Source: Vicugna vicugna (lineage: Eukaryota). Taken from it: DNA of 29,953 bases. Both the position numbers and the translations under genes were made by a program. The notes under the pieces were generated by a model, which ran no database searches, was not told the origin of the DNA, and saw only the letters and a program-made list of their open reading frames with translations. The DNA is taken from contig MU058636.1 in assembly GCA_013265495.1 (NCBI GenBank), positions 8,887,425-8,917,377 on the forward strand, given 5' to 3'. Below, in pieces: positions 22,576-29,953 of this stretch (positions within the stretch are counted from its first letter, which is position 1; each line of letters begins with the position of its first letter).

Positions 22576-23444
22576 ACACCCAGCTCCCCAGTGAAGAGCT
22601 AAAGCCTCCAATGGTCTTCCTCCATCATTCCCCGTCTCTGAGTCTGAGTTGAAGAGAACTGGGTTCAACGACCATCTGGAAACCTCAGGCAATAACCACC
22701 CAGGCCCAGGTACCAAGCCCTGAACCTGGCAGTGATCTTGTAAATGACTGGTAGTCATCTGACTTCACAGTATACCCATTCCTTTTCAACTTTTCAACTT
22801 CAGCTGAAATTCTCTCTCTCAAATGTGAATTCCTTTTGGTTAGGAGTCAAATTCTTCCTTTGGACACTACAACATCTGTGTGTACTGAACACAATTCTGG
22901 CTAAAAAATATTAATGTATTTTCCCTTGGTACCCATTTAAAAATGGGAATGTATTACAATGTCTTATTGTTTCTTATTTTTCCTCAAACCTCAGAAATGT
23001 AATAGTCTCTCAGGGCAATCGGCAGTATGTTAATTACATAAACACCATAAACTCAATGGAATGGAAATTCACATTCTACTAGAAATCATCAAAACAGAAA
23101 CTTTTCAAAGATTATTTTCTGAAGCAGTTACTTGAGACTGAATGTTGTGGAAGATTTATACGATGGCAATTCTCTAAAGAGTTTAAAGTATCTCCATATA
23201 TTGATTCAACACTCCTGCATTTTAACGAATGTGTAAATATTTGAAAATTAAATTATGCAGGGCGAAGATATTGTCACAGTGACTGCACTGATCATATTTT
23301 ACATTTGTAGCATAGATTTTAAATTCTTGGCAGTTTTAAGTTTAGAAACTCATACTATTTTCTCCTTTGTCTTAAAAAAAATCCCCTTTTTCTTAAATTT
23401 TCTATAAAACAAGCACAAACGATTTAACATAAGCTTCCCAAAAT

Positions 23445-24970
23445 ATTTTTAACAGATTTATTGTGGTATAATTCACACACACCATACAATTTACCCATTT
23501 AAAGTGTACACCTTATTGGTTTTTAGTATATTCATAGAGTTGTAAAACCATCACTAAATGTCTTAGAATATTTTCATTACCCCAGAAAGAAAGCCTGGAA
23601 CACATTAGCAGTTATCCCTTATTTGCCTTCAATGCCTCCAGCCCTAGACAACAATTAATCTGTTTGCTCTTTATATTTGCCTATCTGAATATCTCACACA
23701 AATGGGACTATATAATATGTAGTCTTTTATGACTGTCTTCTTTCACTAGCATAGTATTTTCAAGGTACATCAATGTTCTTACATAATCAGTACTTCATTC
23801 ATTTTTACAGTGGAATAACATCTATTATATGGATGCTCCACATTTGGTTGACCTGTGCCTCAGTTGATGAACACTTGGGTTGTATTTGTATTTTGGCTAT
23901 TATGAAAAATGCTGCTGTAAATGTTTCTGCAAAAATTTTTGTGTGTTTGTTTTGTTTCCATTCTCTTGGGTATATTGCCTAGGAGTGGAATTGCTGGGCC
24001 ATATCATAACTCTATATTTAACATTTTAGGGAACTGCCTGCCATACTGTTTCCCAAAGTGGCTACACTATTTCACATTCCCACTAGCAATATAGCAGAGT
24101 TCCAATTTATCCACATCTTTGTCAACACTTGTTATTGGCTGTCTTTTTGTTTAGAACCATCCTTGTCTGTGTGAAGTAGCATCCTGTGATTTTGATCTGC
24201 CTTTACTTAATGATTAATGTTGAGCATCTTTTCATGTGTTTATTGGTCAGTTGTATAACTTCTTTGGAGAAATATGTATTCAGATCATTCACCCATTTTT
24301 CAAGTGATTTGTTTTATTATGGAGTTATAGGAGTTTTTTTTTTTACATATTTTAGGTACAGTTCTAGGTACAAGTCAGATAGATGATTTTCAGATATTTT
24401 CTTCCATTCTGTGTGTTGTCTTTTTGTTTTCTTGATTGTGTTGTTTGAAGCACAAAAGCTTTTAATCAAATCCAATTCATCCATTTTTTTCTCTGTTGCT
24501 TATGTTGTTGGTGTCATAGCTAGGAAGACTTTGACTAACCCAAGGTCACAAAGACTTACTTCTATATTTTCTTGTATGAGTCTTATAGTTTTATGTCTTA
24601 CTTTTAGGTCCATAGCGCATTTTGGGTTAATTTTTTTGTAAGATGTGAGGGAGGAGATGAACTTCATTCTTTTGCATGTGGAAATCCAGCTATCTCAGCA
24701 ATGTTAGATGAAAAGACTCTTCTTTCTCCATTGAATTGTTTTGGTCCCCTTGTAAAAATCAATAGACTGTACTGTAAAGGGCTGTTTCTGGGATCTTCAT
24801 GCTAATCCACCCATCTAGACATTTATCCTTATTACACACTCTGCTGCCGTATCTTGATTACTGAAGGTTTGCAGTAAGTGTCGAATCTGGATATGTGAGT
24901 CCTCCAAATCGGCTCTCTTTTTCAAGATTGTTTTGGCTGTTCTAGGTCCCTTGCATTTCCCTATTACTTT
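23445..24970 (-). mobile_element. L1MB-like element: 3' UTR plus ORF2 3' part (about 1.5 kb)
   Basis: ttattgtggtataattcac...ccatacaatttacccatttaaagtgtaca...cctaggagtggaattgctggg...tttttcaagattgttttggctgttctaggtcccttgcatttcc. Confidence 0.95.
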
Positions 24971-26105
24971 CGCCAAACAACTTAAATTAATTTTGTATGC
25001 AACTGATACGGTATTTGAATAACTGTTATTCAGTAAAAGGCGGTTGGTACTTCCTAAGGTTTATTTGACCAGAGTATCCAGTTCAATGCCTGTCTTTAAC
25101 AGAAAATACAATGAGTTAGCCCTGCAGGATTTACATTAGTTTCCAAGGAATCAAGATTGATTTTTAGATAACTGATCTATCCCTTAATCCTTATATTAAA
25201 TATCTTTCATACCTGATTTTTCCCCACTAGGCTCTTACTTTATCAAACAGAAAACATGACTGCCAGACATGCTACGCTTTTTAAGAGCCCAAGTTCTCTT
25301 CAAAGATACTCCAGATCAGTTCCTTATGCCCTTTATTATTTTCCTGTAGTTTGTATTTAACTAGTCAGTGATTTGTTAAGCCTAGTTTCATGTTCTAAAA
25401 AATCGGGTACTACATGATTCTTTTATCTATTTCTCATATTGGCTAACTCTGAAAAATGTCAGATTTTAAAGGTATATCTATTGGATTTAAAATTATTTCT
25501 AGAGGAAATGGAAATACTGTTTATAACTGGGGAGACCTAGGACATTCTTACCCATATAATGAAAATAACTTTACTTCCTTTGCTTAGCGTGATAATTATT
25601 TATCATCTCCAAATATTTATAGATTACTAATACAGCTGAAAACAATAATTCACCCTTTACTATGCAAATAGATCATTGAAATTCATGATTCTGGATATTT
25701 CAAAAGAATGGAAAATAGAACACACACTGTGTTTTTACTTTATGTTGGTTCAATTAATTGGAGGCAAAATGGTCTCTCTGGAAAAGACTTGTCTAAAAGT
25801 AAATAAATAAAGCGATTGTTTAAAAATGGTCTATTCTGTTTCAAAACATCAACATGAAAGATGGAATAGCTGTTGACAGGGAAGAAAATAGAGTAATTCT
25901 TTGAAATACACAATCAAAGAGGGAGCTTGGTTCTTCCTATTTTCCTTTTTTCATCCTTTTTTTTTTTTTGTTTAACACTCTCTGCTAATGACTTTGGGTG
26001 TTCTTTGGTTTATATGAACTCCAAAAAGGGGTTGTCTTCTTGCTGGCTTTTTTAAAAAAGTTTTTCAAGACTCTCAACTAAGTAAGTATAAACTGATTAC
26101 TTAGA

Positions 26106-26250
26106 GCAGTGCTTCAAAAGTGTTAATGTTCATGGCAGTAACCAAGTAATCATTAAGGTAAAGATTCTGATTCAATATGTCTGAGGCAAGGCCCGAGAGT
26201 CTGCATTTCTAACAAGTTCACAGGTGATGCCAACTTGGCAGGTAGCAAGG
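26106..26250. mobile_element. MER5A-like MITE, partly deleted
   Basis: agattctgattcaatatgtctgaggcaaggcccgagagtctgcatttctaacaagttcacaggtgatgcc. Confidence 0.8.
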
Positions 26251-26302
26251 ACTTAAAGGATCAATGATCCAAGAACTTCCCTTTTATGGTAAGACATACA
26301 TA

Positions 26303-26571
26303 CAAACTTATGGTTACAAGAGGGGAAAGGAGGGTGGGAAGGAATAAACTGGGAGTTCAGGATTTGCAGATACACACTATTATATATCAAATAAACAACA
26401 AATTTCTACTAGAACAGGGAACTATATTTGATACCTTATAGTAACCTACAATGAAAAAGAATATGAAAAGAAATATGTGTATGTATATGTATGACCGAAA
26501 CATTATGCTATACACCAGAAATTGACACAGCATTGGAAACTGACTATACTTCATTAGAAATGTTTTTTAAA
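26303..26571 (+). mobile_element. 5'-truncated L1 3' end (camelid type) with TSD
   Basis: caaacttatggttacaagaggggaaagg...acaccagaaattgacacagcattggaaactgactatacttca; TSD aagacatacata (26291-26302) / aagatatacata (26572-26583). Confidence 0.9.
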
Positions 26572-26719
26572 AAGATATACATATCTTGGGAAGACATTAC
26601 AAGTCCCATAATATCTCTATTACAAAGTTTCTGTATGTTTTTCCAGAGATAAATTATTCCTGGAAAAAATATTTATAAAGTTTGAAACACAAAGACTAGC
26701 ATCTGATAGTGTTCTGTAC

Positions 26720-27510
26720 CTTTTTTTAAATTTATATATATATGGAAGAATTTCTGATATTGCTTTTTTTTTCTTCCAATCTCCTTTTTAAAACATTGGT
26801 GCTTAGGAGCAGTCCCTCAGAGCAATCTGGGAGGCTGTCATCCCGGGCTTGAAGAGGTTCAAGTCCTCAGAAATGTCCACCAAATAAAACACAACTCCCA
26901 ACTTAAAAAAAAAAATTGATGCTTACATAAGAAAACTATTAAATTTGTATAAATAATTACTCAGACATCCTGCTGGATTCTGCTGCTCTTCATGACTTTT
27001 ATAAAATAATTCTCTAGAATTTTTTGGTTGTATAATATCAACTTAAAGATAATTTTATTTCCTCCCTTCAATATTTACACTTGTAATTTTTTTCTCTTGG
27101 TTAATACTTTCAGGAGAGTGTTAAATTATAGTGAAAAAAGATTCTTTGTCCTGTATCTGACTTTAATGGGAATGCTTTTGCTTTTCATTTTAGGCACGAT
27201 GCTGACTTTAGGAGTTCTCTCAATAATATCTCTATTTCTCTCTCTCCCTCCCTTTTTCTCTTTCTCTCATATATGTCCTTATGTGCGTATGTATGAATGA
27301 GTTTATATAGCAGTATTAGGTATGCATCTATTCCTTTATATTATAAAAGTTGAAAACTGAGACTGAACACTGCATCATATTAAGTGACTTTCCAGCATAT
27401 GGAAATGATTTCCTTTTAAATATAGCATTATGTAAAATGATAAAAGTACATTTCAAAATATTGAAACATTTTCTTCATTCTTGGTATGTACTTTACTTGG
27501 CCATGGGATA
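26720..27510 (-). mobile_element. Very old L1 ORF2 fragment (L1M5-like), interrupted by the 26806 insertion
   Basis: ttttatttcctcccttcaatattta...gtgttaaattatagtg...ctttgtcctgtatctgactttaatgggaatgcttt...ttcttcattcttggtatg. Confidence 0.7.
26806..26910 (+). mobile_element. Polyadenylated retrocopy of an LTR-like 3' end flanked by TSDs
   Basis: AATAAA 26883-26888, A-run 26905-26915, TSD aaacattggtgctta (26791-26805) / aaaaattgatgctta (26911-26925); body resembles an ERV1/MER41-type LTR R region from memory. Confidence 0.75.
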
Positions 27511-27514
27511 GTAT

Positions 27515-28865
27515 TCTTTTTGTTAATAACTTTATTGAGGTAAAATTCACATACAAGAAACTGCACATATTTAAAATAAACAACTCGATGTATTTTGGAA
27601 GACGTACGCATCATCACAGTCAGGATATAAAACATTTACATCACATTGAACCATTTTCCCACACCTCTTCATAATTCATTACTCCCTTCACTCCTGGTTC
27701 CAGGTGATCACAGATCTGTTTTCTGACATTATACATTAGTTCTCCTCTTTAGACTTTTATGTTTTGTACAAATGGAACTATACAATATATACACTTTTGT
27801 GTCTAATTTCTTTCACTCAGCATAATGCTTTTGAGGTTAATTTTTCTGCATGTGTAAGTAGATCATTCCTTTTTATTGCTTGGTAGTATCCACTGTATGG
27901 ATATGCCATATTTTGTCTATCTATCTATCTGTTGATAGTTTTACCCAAGTTTTGTTAATTACAAATAAATCTATCTGAGCTTTCATATACAAGCCTTCGT
28001 GTAGACACATGTTTCCCCATCTCTTGAGTAATTACCTGTGAGTGGAATAGCTGATTCATATTAGAGGTGTATATTTAAATATTTAGGAAACTGCCAATTT
28101 CCCAAAGAAGTTGCACCAGTCCGGTACAACTGCTGCTCAATATTTTTACCAACTCTGATTAGCCTCAGTCTTTTTTATTTTAGAATTTCAAATAGGTGTG
28201 TGGATATAGTTTACACTTCCCTGAGACATTGATCATCTTTTCATGTGTATATTTTTGCCACCTGTGTATTATTTTGTGAAATATCTGTTCAAGTCTTTTA
28301 TTATCCACTTCTGCACTAGGTTGTTTGTTATTAATATTGAGATTTAAGAGTTATATAAATGAGTTATTTAAATATCTTGAATACAAGTCCTTCATGTGAT
28401 ACATAATTTGCAAGGAGTTTCTTCCAATGTACAGTCTGCCCTTCCATTTTCTTAACTGTGTCTTTCAAAGAGCTAACATTTAAAATTTTTTACAAATTCT
28501 AATTTATCGATGTTTAATTTTTTCTGCTTTGGGGTTTCTATCTATTACATTGACTACCTGAAAGTCTCAGTGATTTGCTTTTATATTTTTTCTTTCTAGA
28601 TCTTTCATAGTTTTAGCTTTTGCATTTAAGTTTATCATCCATTTATAGTGAATTTTTGTGCATGGGTTGAGGTGAAAGTTGATGTTTATTTTTTTCCACA
28701 CAGACGTCTAATTGTTCCAGCACCAATTGCTGAAGACACTTTCCTTTACCCATGGAATTCTCCCACCACAATTGTGACCATGTGTGTGTGGAATTATTTC
28801 TGAACTCTCTACTGTGTCTCGTTAATCTGTATGTGCATTTTCCCATCAATACTGAGTTATTTTCA
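27515..28865 (-). mobile_element. Old L1 (L1MC/L1MB8-like): 3' UTR and ORF2 end
   Basis: aactttattgaggtaaaattcacatacaagaaactgcacatatttaaa...tttcactcagcataatgcttttgag...aattgttccagcacc. Confidence 0.9.
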
Positions 28866-28929
28866 TCACTGGAGGAATAGCATATTGGTGTGAAAAAAAT
28901 CACACATAAATTTTTATCTTTTTGACCTC

Positions 28930-29520
28930 ACTTATCTTTTTTATCTTTCTTAGCCAAAAGGTTTTTCTTTAGCATTCTTTATGACACATTCTGCTGGCAA
29001 TAAATTCTCTCAACTTACATTGTCTTTATCTGCTTTCACTTTGAAGGAGATTTTTGTTGGTAATAAAATTGAAGGTTGATAGATTATGTTTTCTTTTATC
29101 CTTGTGAAATGCTGCATGGCTATCTCCCAGCTTGCATAGTCTCTGATGAGAAATCGCTTTTCGTTCTTTCCTTTGTCCGTTTACAAATAATTCACCCTTT
29201 TCCTATGACTGCTTTGAGAATATCTCTTTATTACTAGTTTACAGTGATGTGATTTTGATGTCCCTGGACATGATTTCCATTATAGGTTTATTCCTTAAGC
29301 TCTTTTGAACTGTGGATTTATATTTTTCATCAAATTTGGGAAACTTTCAGCTATTATTTCTTAAAATACATTTTTCTGTATCACTTCTCTCTTCTCCTCT
29401 GAGCCTCCAGTACCATTTATGTTAGACTGCTTAATATTGCAGCCTTAGTCTTGATACTCTATTCATTTTTTTTAAGTGTATTTTCTTACTGCACTGCATT
29501 TTGGATAATTTCTACTGCTT
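28930..29520 (-). mobile_element. Old L1 ORF1-region fragment
   Basis: ctgctggcaataaattctctcaactt...tttgaaggagatttttgttgg...tctgatgagaaatc...catcaaatttgggaaactttcagctattatttctt. Confidence 0.8.
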
Positions 29521-29953
29521 TCTTTTTTTTAACATTTTTTATTGATTTATAATCATTTTACAATGTTGTGTCAGATTCCAGTGTTCAGCACAATTTTTCA
29601 GTCATTCATGGACATATACACACTCATTGTCACATTTTTTTCTCTGTGATTTATCATAACATTTTGTGTATATTTTCCTGTGCTATACAGTGTAATCTTG
29701 TTTATCTATTCTACAATTTTGAAATCCCAGTCTATCCCTTCCCACCCTCTACCCCCCTGGTAACCACAAGTCTGTATTCTCTGTCCATGAGTCTTTAGAT
29801 TCCACATATGAGCGATCTCATATGGTATTTTTCTTTCTCTTTCTGGCTTACTTCACTTAGAATGACATTCTCTAGGAGCATCCATGTTGCTGCAAATGGC
29901 GTTATGTTGTCAGTTTTTATGGCTGAGTAGTATTCCATTGTATAAATATACCA
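29521..29953 (-). mobile_element. Young (camelid-type) L1 3' end, continues beyond the window
   Basis: Poly-T then aacattttttattgatttataatcattttacaatgttgtgtcagattccagtg...ttagattccacatatgagcgatctcatatggtatttttc...catccatgttgctgcaaatggc; well preserved. Confidence 0.95.

Noticed and set aside
396..29798. The 60-104 aa ORFs in the supplied track as protein-coding genes
   Set aside because: Lengths are as expected by chance; many lie in L1/L2/MIR fossils (5169-5630, 23773-24641, 27028-29798); none resembles a known cellular protein. Only 10398..10712 has a recognisable motif, and it is dead L1 ORF1.
1..29953. Prokaryotic-type systems (CRISPR array, operon, tRNA/rRNA)
   Set aside because: No regularly spaced direct repeats, long ORFs or structural RNA signatures seen; repeat content is clearly eutherian.

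Overview
AT-rich, repeat-rich mammalian non-coding DNA (intronic or intergenic). The young L1 3' ends resemble camelid (camel/alpaca) L1 families from memory; that assignment is an inference. No protein-coding gene, RNA gene or CRISPR array is recognisable, and the ORF track is chance ORFs and decayed L1 sequence. A large share of the window is fossil transposons (L1 of several ages, L2, MIR, MaLR/ERV LTRs, MER5A), named by resemblance to remembered consensus sequences with approximate edges. The standout unexplained structure is a 205-bp ungapped inverted repeat (13414-13618 / 15162-15366, 194/205 identical, 1543-bp spacer) in sequence I do not recognise as a repeat family. Its mismatches are clustered, and two of them toggle a consensus splice donor. 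The spacer carries candidate exons on both strands and starts with an L1 tip showing a strong AT-to-GC skew. There is also a polyadenylated, TSD-flanked LTR-like retrocopy at 26.8 kb.
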